NCBI RefSeq assembly: GCF_035594765.1
Contig: NW_026943821.1
Span: 25,371,225 to 25,435,224, forward strand
From: Anolis carolinensis
Lineage: Eukaryota
Length of the DNA stretch: 64,000 bases
Direction of reading: 5' to 3'
This document shows, piece after piece, positions 23,399 to 36,947 of the stretch. The position numbers and the translations under genes were made by a program. The notes below the pieces were generated by a model. The model ran no database searches, had not been told where the DNA came from, and saw only the letters and a program-made list of their open reading frames with translations. The stretch's first letter is position 1, and every line of letters begins with the position of its first letter.

Positions 23399-24427
23399 CA
23401 ATGTCGAAGAGATAAGCAAACACTATAAAGGTTCAAAACAGAAAAAGAGATGTGTCGTGTAAAGGCCACAGAAATAGTCAGGCCTCTCTGAGTATAGAGC
23501 TATCTTCTTTGTATGTAAAAAAGATAAGCAAATACTATAAAGGTTCAAAACATAAAATGCACTATGTAATTTAGAGCATCATGTACATACATTATGACCT
23601 GAGAGTTAACAACAATAATGAAAATAATAAGTACAGTCAACTGTTGTAATCCACAGTAGTATCTTCCAGACTGTAATGTTTAAAAGAAACTAATTATCAA
23701 AGCTTAAATGTGGACCAAAGTTTACAGTTTCTTTTAAACATTACAGTTTAAAAGAAACTGTAATTATCAAGGCTTAAATGTGGACCAAAGTTTACAGTTT
23801 CTTTTAAACATTACAGTCTGGAAGATACTACTGTGGATTACAACAGTGACTGTACTTATTATTTTCATTATTGTTGTTAACTCTCAGGTAATAATGTATG
23901 TACATGATGCTCTAAATTACATAGTGCATTTTATGTTTTGAACCTTTATAGTATTTGCTTATCTTTTTTACATAGAAAGAAGATAGCTCTATACTCAGAG
24001 AGGCCTGACTATTTCTGTGGCCTTTACATGACACATAATAAATACAGTCACTGTTGTAATCCACAGTAGTATCTTCCAGACTGTAATGCTTAAAAGAAAC
24101 TGTAATTATCAAGTCTTAAATGTGGACCAAAGTTTACAGTTTCTTTTAAACATTACAGTCTGGAAGATACTACTGTGGATTACAACAGTGACTGTACTTA
24201 TTATTTTCATTATTGTTAACTCTCAGGTAATAATGTATGTACATGATGCTCTAAATTACATAGTACATTTTATGTTTTGAACCTTTATAGTATTTGCTTA
24301 TCTTTTTTTACATACAAAGAAGATAGCTCTATACTCAGAGAGGCCTGACTGTTTCTGTGGCCTTTACATGACACATCTCTTTTTATGTTTTGAACCTTTA
24401 TAGTGTTTGCTTATCTCTTCGACATTG
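23399..24427. repeat. ~1 kb foldback (long inverted repeat) with internal duplication
   Basis: 23399-~23690 is the reverse complement of ~24135-24427, and partly of ~23795-24036. Confidence 0.9.
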
Positions 24428-25237
24428 TCTAGTATAGACATTTGTGTGTATTTATCATCCTTATTATGAAGTGCCAATGGAAATAGTGCTACAGTCCAGA
24501 GCCCAATAAACACGCAGACCACTTGGCGTGGGAGTACGGACACGAGTGGATTCATGTTTGAAAAAGGAAGAACATATCCTACTTCCCAAATTTCCAACAC
24601 ATGCAAACTCTCTTCCCTTTTCCTACCTTTCAGTCCCAGAAACCTGCCAGTTGGGGATTGACATTTGTGGTTTTTCCCTGCCAGACCCAAAAGAAAATCC
24701 TCGGTCTGCCATCTTCCCAATTGTGACTGATATCCATTGGGTCATTGACCATTTCCTCATCCTCAGTTTGAACTCAACCCTGTATTTTTCTCCCCACTCG
24801 CAAACTTCAAATGTACAGTCTTGTGACTCACACAATCAATAGAATTGTGCTGATTTTTCCCCCCCGAATGTGCCTTTTTCCCCATTGAAATCATCCTCGT
24901 TGCCTCACTTCTGCACTTTTCTGCCTCGTATGAACCTTGGCCTGTCCGGAGGAAGGGTTTTAGAAATGCAGAGCATGGCGGCTCTTCCTGAATCTTGGGT
25001 AACTTTGATTCCTTGTGCCTTTGCTTATTTTAGACAAGTCTTTTTACTGTTGTTATTGTTTGTTTTAAAGCCAAACTCTTTACATTTTAGAAGTCTCACT
25101 CCCTTCCATGTGTACAGAAGGACTCATCTAAAGGATGGAAGTGGCAGCAGTTAGGAAAGAGCGGATCTTGTGCCTTTTGTAAATAAGGGTTTCACTTTTG
25201 CAGAGTAGCGTGATGGCTGCTTCTGGTTCTATTTGGA

Positions 25238-25243
25238 AATAAA
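25238..25243 (+). terminator. KDF1: Candidate KDF1 polyadenylation signal
   Basis: AATAAA followed by a GT-rich downstream element (ggacgtgtgtgttttc); weaker alternatives at 24037 and 24505. Confidence 0.45.
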
Positions 25244-25310
25244 ATCTGAAATATGCATTTGGACGTGTGTGTTTTCTAAAAGGCGAAGGTGGAAAGCATT
25301 CCCCTTAAAG

Positions 25311-26334
25311 CAGGGGTCCTCAAACATTTTTAAGCCGAGGGCCGGTCCACAATCCTTCAGACTGTTGAGGGGCCGGATTATCATTTGAAAAAAAAATACA
25401 AACAAATTCCAATTCACACTGCATATGTCTTATTTGTAGTGCAAAAACAACAACAAGAACAATGAAAGAACAATACCATATTTAAAAATAAAAACAATTT
25501 TAACCAACATACAGTAGAGTCTCACTTATCCAACATAAACAGGCCGGCAGAACGTTGGATAAGCGAATATGTTGGATAATAAGGAGAGATTAAGAAAAAG
25601 CCTATTAAACATCAAAATAGGTTATGATTTTACAAATTAAGCACTAAAACATGTTATATAACAAATTTGACAGAAAAAGTAGTTCATTACACATTAATGC
25701 TATGTAGTAATTACTGTATATACGAATTTAGCACCAAAATATGATATATTGAAAACATTGACTCCAAAAATGCGTTGGATAATCCAGAACGTTGGATAAG
25801 CGAGTGTTGGATAAGTGAGACTCTACTGTACTTTTATCAGGATTTCAATGGGAAGTGTGGTCCTGCTTCTGGCCAATGAGATAGTCAAGTTAATTAGGGT
25901 TGTTGTTGTGTGCCTTCAAGTCATTTCAGACTTTGGGCGAGCCTAAGTCTAAAATTTATTTATTATTTATTTACTGCATTTATTTACTACATTTGTATCA
26001 CACCCTTCTCACCCCAAAGGGGACTCGAGAGTGGTTTACAAATTATATGTACATACAATATATTATATTATTAGCATAGCACAATATTAGCATTATATGT
26101 TACTATATTGAACTATACCACTATACTGTAATATTATTAGTAATATTATATGTAATATAGAATATATAATTAATATTATATGGTATTATTATTAGGTTTT
26201 ATTGCATTACATTATAATATTATCAATATTATATGTATATACAATATATTATATTATAAAACTGAGGGCGGGGGCTAGGTAAATGACCTTGGAGGGCCGC
26301 ATCCGGCCCCCGGGCCTTAGTTTGGGGACCCCTG
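25311..26334. mobile_element. Non-autonomous hAT element with nested MITE
   Basis: TIR CAGGGGTCC(T/C)CAAACT; perfect 8-bp TSD CCTTAAAG (25303-25310, 26335-26342); partial relatives at 2961- and ~46290-. Confidence 0.85.
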
Positions 26335-27489
26335 CCTTAAAGGGAAACAGCTCTGTCTACTTTGACGTAACTAATTGGACTCTTTTCTTTAGCATTCTTG
26401 TGGGATTCTGGATTTTTCTACACACAAAGTGGTATTTCATCACTAAAGGAAAGCCAACCCTCTACTCACAAATATTACATTGTTTTGTCCATGTTGTGGC
26501 ACGAAATTAAGGTGTCTGGGCAGGACCAGGAGTCTGGGAGATCTCAAGTTATGGAAACCCACTGGATAACGTTTGGCGAGTTTCACTCTCTTGCAATAAG
26601 ATGAAAACCATGGCAAATCTCTGAACCCTCTCAAGATTTCCTGACTTGAAGAGGCACATCAATAACAACTGGTTATGTTGGTAGTAGAGTCTGGGAGGGT
26701 CTCTCAAAATAGCTTTTCCAGGCTCTGACAAGAGTCATGCTATATAAAAGCAAAGGCCCAAGTCAGGCTCGTTGTTTCTCACAATGGCCAACCAGAAGTC
26801 CCTGGAAACTGCTAGGCTGCTTGCACTTCCTAGCAAACTGGTGTTCAGAGATCCACTGAAATAGCTTTTTCATGCAAAGTTGAGGTCCCATGGCTTAGTG
26901 GTTCCCTCCTTTAGCAAACAAGGAACAACAGGGTTGACTAAGACTTGGGTGCTACTGTGGAAAAGTGCATTGGTTTGGTCTGAATGCATGAAAAATGGGT
27001 TAAGAATCTTGTTTGACTCTTGGTTCCTAGAACATATAGCTTCAGGGGAATTCAAAGGGCAGAATGTCATGGACTTGAAGGACCAGTTTTCCCTATTTTC
27101 TATTGCGGGAACGGAAATCTACTGTGTCAATCAAGTTCCTCCGCAGAGAAAAAAAGCATTTTAGGTTCCTTCTTTGACTTTTTAACCACTTTCTATATTT
27201 ATATATGTATGTTAACCAAAAGTGATGTATGTATTTCCCAACTTCAAGAAGGGCTGCTTGCACATGGAAGTCCTGCACTCTTGTACTTTTTCCTCCTATT
27301 ATTTCTCTAACTCTCCTGACCTACACAGGGCTATTGTGTTCTGGGGACTATATGTTTTATTTAGTTATCAGGCTGGCTGGCTGCTCCTGGCTTTCACCTA
27401 GTGCACTTTGTCTGGTGTCAAGGAAATCAAGGTCCAGCTTCTGTGTGTTGACCTGGCATTGGCCAAAACCTTGGGGGTTTTTTTCTAAA

Positions 27490-27992
27490 ATATTTTTTTT
27501 ACTCAAGCTTTTTCAAATCAACAATGACATAGACATGGACATAAAATAAAGTAAAATGCAAAATTGAGAGCAAGGTTGAAAATGTGAAAAAAAAGGAGAG
27601 AGAAAAAAAAACCAAAAAGAAAAAAAAAGAAACTAAAAGAAATAATATTAAAATCGACTTCCATCTATTGCATGGTGACATTAAGGTTCTTTTTTCTTCA
27701 TAACTTCTCAGATTTATTCTGGTAGTTCGGTCCGCGCCTATTCTCCTAATGTAAGGCTCAGTTTTTAGTTTTGCATACTTGGGTCTCATATGATAATTCT
27801 CATTTTTTTCTCTCTTAAGTAATTTTTAACCAATTACCAGTCAGTTTCCTTTCTTGGACAGCCTTGGCTATTCTTTAGCAGGTATGCTAATTTGTCCATA
27901 TTCATTGTTTCTAATATCTTATTCACCCAGCACTTCATTTTTGGGGTTTCTTTATCTCTCCAGGATTTGGCTAGGGTCATCCTTGCGACGGT
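27490..27992 (-). mobile_element. L1-clade LINE 3' fragment
   Basis: Minus strand translates TVARMTLAKSWRDKETPKMKCWVNKILETMNMDKL (degenerate ORF2 C-terminus) followed by a T-rich UTR and A-rich tail. Confidence 0.55.
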
Positions 27993-30839
27993 GAAAACCT
28001 TGTTTTCAGGTTAGTCCCCTCTGTAATGTGGAAAAATTTGCCTGATTATTTCCGCTCTTGGATATACACAGGTTAAGAATTTCTACTTGAACAGAATACT
28101 TAAGTCAAAATTATCTTCCCATTATCTTTCTCTGTGCTTAAAGAAATCACCATAATCCCATCAGGGTTTTTTTTTAAGGGGGGCTGACAATACACCAACA
28201 AAAGGACATGCTGGTTGGATGTCGGGTTGAAGTCCATTCTCACAGAGTCTGTTTGTTCCCGGAGCAGGAGGACAGGGCAGGCTATTTGCACTAATCCCCG
28301 CCAAGGCCTTGGCCTCCTGAACATTTTGGGCTTCGGTGACAAAATCGCCTCGGTGGCACTACACAGCTGTGACCTTGTAACTGGAAAAGCAGAGCCAGAC
28401 CAGAGCTTTGCAGTCTGTGGTTTATAATCCAAATAATTGATGTAGCTTGGCTAGCTTTGTCTTTCTCTAGTGTAGAAAGCAACTCAAATATACAGCACAA
28501 ACCTATCTGCTTATGCAGAAGTACCATTCTGTTCCGAGTTGACTCTGAAAAACAGGGTTTCACAGCTAATGAAAGCACTTTCAGAAGTGAAGGAAGAACA
28601 ATAGTTTTTCCAAATTTAATCGATGGCATACTTGCCTTAACTATGAATTTTCATTCATCATCTTAATGGCAAATTTTGGGTTCTCCGAGGCAATACAAAG
28701 CTAAAGAGACCCTAATAACCTTTCTTCAAGAAAGTTGTCATAGACTTTGCACTCAATAGCATGGGCGAAGAATCGGTTTTATGACTGAAATAAGAGTACC
28801 CAGAGCAGGCCTGGGCAAACTTTGGCCTTTTAGACTTCAACTCCCACCATTAATAAATTCCTGACAGCCTCAGGCCCTTTCCTTTTCCCTATCCCAGTCC
28901 CATTTAGGAGGCTTGTGCACCTATTAAGTTCCCTTTTAATAGTCATTTTAATATTGTTAACGGTATCATCTCTGTTGGTCCTAGTAATGCCAATCTGCCT
29001 TGCAACTCCTTGTACTTCCTTGTCTTTTGAAATGGAAACAACACAAAAACATGTATGGATATAAAGCAGGTGTGGGCAAACGTGAGCCTTTCAGGTGTTT
29101 TGGGCTTCAACTTCCACCATTCCTAAGAGCCTCAGGCCCCTTCCTTTTCCCCCTCAGCCGCTGAGGCTGTCAGGAATGGTAGGAATTGAAGACCAAAACA
29201 CCTGAAAGGCCCAAGTTTGCCCACACCTGAAATAAAGGAAAAGTCACCTATGTCCACTGGGTGGCAGATTAGAACTGTGTGTGCTATCAAATTAAATCAG
29301 TTGTGAATCAGGAACAGAGGGACCTACCCACTTTGTATTGAATCAGGCCTTTCTGGCTCCATATTGTCATCTCTAGTTGGCTCTCCGGGGTTTCAGGAGG
29401 AATTCTTTCCTAGCTTGCTTGAAGACTTCTAAGTAGTGAGGGCATGGGCATTTGTTGGGTTCGGTTCCAGAGCCCACCATGGAAACCAAAATCCGAGGAT
29501 GCCCAAGTCCTATTACCCTTTTCTAAACAAAATGTTAAATAAATTTTATTGAGTAATTGTGAATTTTACATATTCGGTACTTAAAACTTCTTATACATCC
29601 TTTAACAAATTTGCAGTACAAAATTATGTATATCATAGCTCCTATACTATTCTCACTCTAACTATATTACATAATGGAATACAATATTATACTGCTAATA
29701 ATACAATATAATAATTATTATTATTATATATTAAATGTAATATTACTAAAAATATTACCATATAATGATATAGTACAATATAGTAATTTAATGCTTATAT
29801 TGTGCTATGCTAATAATATATTGTATGTTCATTTGATTTGTAAGCTGCTCTGAGTCCCCTTCGGGGTGAGAAGAGCGGGATATAAATGTAGTAAATATAT
29901 AAATAATAATAATACTCATATTATTTACCTTTTGTTACCCTTCACCTAGTGCTATCCCTTCACCCCAGACCAGCCAATTACAATACAGTAGAGTCTCACT
30001 TATCCAAGCTAAATGGGCCGGCAGAAGCTTGGATAAGTGAATATGTTGGATAATAAGGAGGGATTAAGGAAAAGCATAATAAACATCAAATTAGGTTATG
30101 ATTTTACAAATTAAGCACCAAAACATCATGTTATACAACAAATTTGACAGAAAAAGTAGTTCAACGAAAAAGTAATGTTTTGTTGTAATGACTGTATTTA
30201 CGAATTTAGCACCAAAATAGTACGATATATTGAAAACATTTGACTGCAAAAATGCCTTGGATAATCCAGAACCTTGGATAAGTGAGACTCTACTGTATGT
30301 ATTTCCAATATCCATGGTTTCTTTTACAGGTTTGTTCCCCTTACTTTCTACATGTACAAACTTTAATAATCCTCTTTTAAACTTAATGCAGTAGAGTCTC
30401 ACTTATCCAAGCTAAACGGGCCGGAAGAAGCTTGGATAAGCGAATATCTTGGATAATAAGGAGGGATTAAGGAAAAGTCTATTAAACATCAAATTAGGTT
30501 ATGATTTTACGAATTTAGCACCAAAATATCACGATATATTGAAAACCTTGACTACAAAAATGCCTTGGATAATCCAGAACCTTGGATAAGCAAGTCTACT
30601 ATATTTATTTCCAAAATTCCATGGTTTCTTTTACAGGTTTGTTCCCTTTACCTTCTACATATACAAACTCTATAAATTTCCCCCCTATCTTCCCAAAATC
30701 ATCCTTTTTTAATAATCCTCTTTTAATCTTAATATTAGCAAGTCCCATTACCCTTAAGCGGCTGAAGGGGGAAAGGAAGGGGCCTGAGGCTGTCGGAGGG
30801 CCCAAGTTTGTGCCGCTTTCTAGCAGTTCCCATCGGACC

Positions 30840-31084
30840 CTTTTATAAGAGGCACCGTAACCATAGCAACAGACGCCACAACATGAGGCCCAACGGATCT
30901 TCCGCCGACTTCCTCTGAGCCTGGATTGGACGGCCCGTCTGCCGATTAAGCTTGCCCGTTTGACGATTGGCCAGGAGCATCCGGAAGGGGTTGGGCAAGG
31001 CCTTCTCTTCCTGTTCCTGAGGCGGCGCGGGCCGTGCGTGTCCGGAGGTTTCTGTGGAAAGAAGATTGTGAAGGAAGAGGCGAG
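30840..31084 (+). promoter_or_regulatory. NUDC: NUDC CpG-island promoter / 5' UTR
   Basis: CpG-rich; RFX X-box GTAACCATAGCAAC 30857-30870, reverse CCAAT boxes (ATTGG), ETS CCGGAAG. Confidence 0.75.
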
Positions 31085-31180
31085 ATGGGCGCCAGCGGGG
31101 AGGAGGCGGCGGAGAGCGAGGAGCGCTTCGATGGCATGTTGCTGGCCATGGCCCAGCAGCACCCGGGCGGCGTGCGGGAG
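31085..31180 (+). CDS. NUDC: NudC nuclear distribution protein, exon 1
   Basis: MGASGEEAAESEERFDGMLLAMAQQHPGGVRE; donor GAG|GTGAGA. Confidence 0.95.
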
Positions 31181-31437
31181 GTGAGAGGCAGGGCGGGTGG
31201 GCCTGCTGCTCTCAGGCCTTCGGTCAGGGGTTCTCAACCTATGGGTCCCAGGTGTTTTGGCCTACAACTCCCAGAAATCCCAGCCGAACACTTCACCAGC
31301 TGTTAGGATTTCTGAGAGTTGAAGGCCAAAACATCTGGGGACCACAGGTTGAGAACCACTGACCTAGATTATTATTATTATTATTAATTATATATTTATA
31401 ACCTATTAGAAAATATGATCATAGCCTATAAGGAATA

Positions 31438-31760
31438 CAGTAGAGTCTCACTTATCCAACATAAACGGGCCGGCAGAATGTTGGATAAGTGAATATGTTG
31501 GATAATAAGGAGGGATTAAGGAAAAGCCTATTAAACATCAAATTAGGTTATGATTTTACAAATTAAGCACCAAAACATCATGTTACACAACAAATTTGAC
31601 AGAAAAAGTAGTTCAATACGCAGTAATGCTATGTAGTAATTACTGTATTTACGAATTTAGCACCAAAATATCACAATGTTTTGAAAACATTGACTACAAA
31701 AATGCGTTGGATAATCCAGAACGTTGGATAAGTGAGTGTTGGATAAGTGAGACTCTACTG
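31438..31760. mobile_element. pogo/Tigger-like MITE in NUDC intron 1
   Basis: Complete TIRs and TA TSD. Confidence 0.85.
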
Positions 31761-32449
31761 TATATTCATAACCTATTAGGGTTATGATACCAATATGGTT
31801 AGATATTGGTGCAAAGTAACAAAAATACATAAGTCTAGGGGTTTATGTGAGCAGGGGTGAGAAAAAAGCCAAATAGCCAGCCTCCCTTTCCCTTTAAAGA
31901 GTCCTGCGCATAAAATAAGCATCCGAGACCTCAAAAGTAAAATAGTAAAAATATGTTTACTCACAATCTTGTATGATGATGGCCATACAGATAAAAACAT
32001 CTTAGTTCCAAAAGAATACAGTTCCGGATACTACATATCTCTTAACAAGAAGTAACATCAGCATGGCAGAATCAAGAAGCAGGAAGAGCATGAAGAGGCA
32101 GGAAGAGAGAGAACAAAAGAAAGTCTCCTCTTTTATGCCCCAAATTCTAAAGACATATGTAACTTCCTGTATGTCTCCAGGAAGTATACTCCCATTTCCC
32201 ACATTGCATGCAAAACCCCTAAAATGGTGCCATCAACTTTGGAATGCAGCTTTGGCTCAGGTTACTAAGCAACCAAACAAACTAACTACATAAACCATCC
32301 CACATTGAAAATGCATGCATGATTGCTAGATAACCTGACATAACCTGTCCCATCTCCCGAAGGGGACTCAGTGTAGTTTCCACTCAAAAAAGTGGCAAAC
32401 ATTCAATGCTATTAATGAAAACACACAAGCCAAGCCAAGCCAATAATAC

Positions 32450-32486
<37 letters not shown>

Positions 32487-32576
32487 GACACTTGGGAAGT
32501 GTCCAGCGTGTGATCCAGTACAACAGCCAGCAGAGTGTCTGCTGTGGACTCATCTTGTGTTTCAAATAACAACAAC

Positions 32577-32625
<49 letters not shown>

Positions 32626-32826
32626 GTAAATCTTTATTTATATCCTGCTTTTCTCCCTCACGGGACCCAACATCAATATAACTTGTAATAACTCACCAAA
32701 GTAAATAAATTAAAACAATATAAAGTAATTAATAAAGGCATAATAAAATCTCATCGTACACTTACATTATTATAAGAAATCTGACCGCTAAAGTGCATCA
32801 AAATTATGAGATGGTTTACAACCATC

Positions 32827-33142
32827 CTGGTGGTGGCGCAGTGTGTTAAAGCATTGAGCTGCTGAACTTGCGGACCAAAAGGTCCCAGGTTCAAATTCCG
32901 GGAGCGGAATGAGCGCCTGCTGTTAGCCCCAGCTCCTGACAACCTAGCAGTTAAAAAACATGCAAATGTGAGTAGATCAATAGGTACCGCTCCGGCAGGA
33001 AGGTAACAGCACTCCATGCAGTCATGCCGGCCACATGACCTTGGAGGTGTCTACGGACAACGCCGGCTCTTTGGCTTAGAAATGGAGATGAGCACCAACC
33101 CCCAGGGTCGGTCACGACTGGACTTAACGTCAGGGGAAACCT

Positions 33143-33144
<2 letters not shown>
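32827..33144 (+). mobile_element. Sauria SINE
   Basis: Full-length match to the 15829 copy. Confidence 0.85.
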
Positions 33145-33173
<29 letters not shown>

Positions 33174-33592
33174 TTATTCAAACTTATATGCCGCCACTCC
33201 CCCAGGGCTCTGAGCGGCTTACAAAAACAAGCTAAAATCTAAGCAATAATAAGATATAATAAATCTTTATACCCTGCTTTTCTCCCTCATGGAACCCAAC
33301 ATCAATATAATTTGTAGTAACTCATCAAAGTAAATAAATTTAAACAATATAAAGTAATTAATAAGGGCATAATAAAATCTCATCATACACTTACATTATT
33401 ATAAGAAATCTGACCACTAAAGTGCATCAAAATTATGACACTGTTTACAATCATCAACAGAACCTGGGTGGGTTTCCAGCATCCAACGAGGTTATATTAA
33501 CAATTTTTAGCCCTCCTCCTCCTCTCCATAAGTTAAAGTGCAGAGATGGGTTTTTATTATCCCCTGAAAACACCCTGTCTGTTTCCTTACAG

Positions 33593-33670
33593 CTTGTGAA
33601 CACCTTTTTCAGCTTCCTGAGACGCAAAACTGATTTCTTTGTAGGAGGAGAAGAGGGCGCTGCTGAGAAG
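33593..33670 (+). CDS. NUDC: NUDC exon 2
   Basis: [26 protein letters not shown]; 78 nt, AG/GT flanks. Confidence 0.95.
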
Positions 33671-35912
33671 GTATGTGACCAAAGAACCACCCCTTGCCCT
33701 GTGAAAAGATAGTGCATATCAGTTACAGTCTGAGTGGCTTAGTTCAGTGTCATTTTGTGGCTCAAGTATGCCACTAAATCTCTTCCAACTCTGCTGTAAC
33801 AACTGGAATCTGGAAAGTAACAGAAGAGCAGTAGTAACTGACCTGTCTGGGCAGGTTTATTCAGTGGATGACACCAAAAGAAATTTTTGTATTGTTTTTG
33901 TTTGTTTGGGTGGGGGGAGTGTGGGGAGTGTGGAGCTGTTCTTTGACCAAAGGCTAGTTTGAAAAGCTGGCATACCAAAATGTGCTAATTTAACTCTGGC
34001 AGACAGCACAGGATCAATAATTTCAGTTTACTTTGTTCATTCCTAGAAAAGCTCTAAAGTCTAGTTTCATAGCAGTGACATTGCAACCAAACAGCAGAGT
34101 TTACCTAACCTATATGTGTGTGGTTAGTGTTCCTAAATGAGGGGCGGGGAAAGAGCAGCCCATAAGTGATTTTTCACCCATTTTTCAGCCTCTGAAGCCC
34201 CTTCCTCCTTGAGGTCTCTGGAGCTCCTCCTTTAAAAGGTCACCCTATTTCCTAGCCAAAAACATTCATCTCAGGGATAGGAAACTTGGTCCTCCAAGTT
34301 ATTTAGGAAGCCCTGGGCATTATGAACAGAATATTTTGAATTTAAAATCTTGGGGAATTTCAGAATCAGACTGTTCTCTTTTTGAGTCATGGAGCATTCA
34401 AGAGGCAGTGTATGATAACTAATCTTAGGTGCCTGGAAGCAGGAATGTCATGCTATTCCTTAAAAGGCTACGAAGCACTGCCCATAATCTTTTCCTGTTT
34501 TCAAGCTGACAAATAAAATTTCAAGAGTTTAACAGATTTTTTAAATGTATGATAAATACACTAGATTCTGTGCTGAAAATCAGATTCCACATTATAGGAA
34601 TGGGGCCAGAGATTTATTTCTCTCTGTGTGTGTACATATGTATATATGGGGCCCAAACAGTTTGCTGTTTAAAGATTCCTTCTTTCCAGCACTGTTTTTT
34701 CAATCTGAGCACTGCAACGAGGCCTTTGTGGTTTTTTGCTAGTAGGCACAAGTCTCCAACATGTCAGTGTCCAAAGGGCATATTAGATCACAGGTTACCA
34801 ATTCTGTGGCTTCTGTTTATGGCCATCACTTACTGCGACAGTTGTGAAGGTCACCCAATAGTGGGAACCCTTGAAATTTGGCCAGTTTTGCAGTCAGATG
34901 ACTGCATCACCTCCTGGAGCAAACATTCTAGAGCCCTGACCCTCAGTCTGTTCCTTCTAAATTGTGGACAAAGGTAGCTGCATTTGTTCCCATTCGGAAT
35001 GCTTGAGGGGTGGGGGAGAGACAGATATGTTGTTTTCAAAATGTTTCAAACTTTGCAGTACTTACTGTACCTCTTGTTAGAACATTGAATTAGGAAGAAC
35101 AAGAATTTAGTCACTTGTATACACACATATATACACCTCAGAGTAAATCTTTGGCATTCCATAGCTAGAAAAGTGTACTTTGCAAAGATCTGTAAATAAC
35201 TTCTTGTGTGATTTAGAATCTACTAGCGATAGTCTTGAGAAGTATTGGAGCAATCCTTAGATTTTATAACACTGCAGAAGGGTAGCTGGATGTCCCAGCC
35301 CTGAAAATATTCCAGGGAAAAGTCATTTCTCAGATTCTGTATTGTGCTGATGTCTGGGGATGGGATGATTCCCAGGTGGCCAGATTGGAAACCCTTCTGA
35401 AGAAACTGTTAATTCTTCCCCCTGGCACTCCTGCAGCTCTAGTTCTAGCAGAAGTTGGCTTGCCTTAGATCTCATATACTCTTTATTGTATTCAACTACT
35501 GCAGAATTAAAAAAAATACTCCAGTTAGGATTTGTGTGACTGCAAATGACTTATGGTCTAGGCGTTAATGGACAGAGAGAAGGACGGACAATGATGGAGG
35601 TTTAAAATAATGTAAACTTTCCTAATTTTGTACTTACCAAATACATCGAATTCTGGATTTTTGGAAGTAGTCATTAATTGTGTGGCTGCTGCTTTTTGAA
35701 TGATTGAGATTCATAAAAACATTTTTGGTAGAGCTGTGGAGCAGTTCATGAATTCTGGCTTTCAATTCTCCTGGCATTTGGTAATCATAAATGTGGGTCT
35801 GAGAAGTTGGGAATACACCATCCACAGTTTACCAACGCCTGTATTACAAAATACTGCTCCTTCAGTAGTTTTTCACAGGGTTTATTCACACCAAAACCTC
35901 GAACTCCCCTAG

Positions 35913-36116
35913 TTAATCACAGAGACTTTCAGCCGCCACAACAAACTGGCTCAAAAAGCACAGAATGAGAAGAAGGCCCGTCAAGATGCAGAGAAGAAAG
36001 AAAAAGCAGAACGTGCTGCTAAACTTGCCAAGGAGAAAAAGCAAGAAGAGAGTGAGCCACGAATTAAGGAGCTGACCGATGAAGAGGCCGAAAGGTTGCA
36101 GCTGGAAATTGATCAG
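35913..36116 (+). CDS. NUDC: NUDC exon 3
   Basis: [16 protein letters not shown]...[21 protein letters not shown]; 204 nt. Confidence 0.95.
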
Positions 36117-36239
36117 GTAAGACTTCCATTTGTTATATGAAATATGGAGAAGGCTTAATAGCAAATTAACATAAACTGTTCCTAGCTCTTAACTCAAATT
36201 TATCTCTTTGTGCGTCTACATGTGTCCTTTTTTAAACAG

Positions 36240-36326
36240 AAAAAAGAGAAAAAAGACAGTGAGGCCCAGAGTATCCCAGTTGAATCTGCCGAAAATTCAA
36301 TGGAAACACCAGAGTCTAACAAGCAG
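36240..36326 (+). CDS. NUDC: NUDC exon 4 (variable linker)
   Basis: KKEKKDSEAQSIPVESAENSMETPESNKQ; tttaaacag acceptor, CAG|GTAATG donor, phase 0-0. Confidence 0.85.
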
Positions 36327-36833
36327 GTAATGTGGTCTTAGAAGTTTTTGAAGATGTAAACATGTCTTGCTTCCCATATTGAAATTGCATTGCTTTGATA
36401 TGGTTTTTGTGGATGATACCCATAACATGGTTACTAAATTATGTGAAATCCCAGGGTTTTTTTTTATCGTGTCAGAAGCAACTTATGAATATACTGCAAG
36501 TTGCTTCTGGTGTGAGAGAATTGGCTGTCTACAGAGACGTTGCCCAGGGGATGCCCAAATGTGTTACAGTCCTGCTGGGAGTCTTCTGTCATGTCCCAAC
36601 AAGCTAGAGCTGACAGATGCGAGCTCACCTCATCTCACAGATTTGAACTGGCAGCAGTTCAGCCGGCACAAGAGTTTAACTCATTGTGCCACGGCTGCTC
36701 CCTGCAGAACAGTTGGACCACTCTTATTCAAGTAATGCAGCTGACAGGAAAAAAAATCTTCCATGTACTTATTAAATTTGATAAAAGTTGAATGTATGTG
36801 AAGAATACGTATACTATGTGTGTTTCTCATTAG

Positions 36834-36947
36834 GATACAGATGAAGAAGAAGAAGATGAGAAGGACAAAGGCAAGCTTAAGCCGAACTCTGGGAATGGAG
36901 CAGACCTTCCAAACTATAGGTGGACACAGACCCTCTCTGAATTAGAT
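36834..36947 (+). CDS. NUDC: NUDC exon 5
   Basis: [38 protein letters not shown]. Confidence 0.95.

Noticed and set aside
30605-31237. 210-aa antisense ORF across the NUDC promoter
   Set aside because: GC-rich CpG-island artefact running into MITE sequence.
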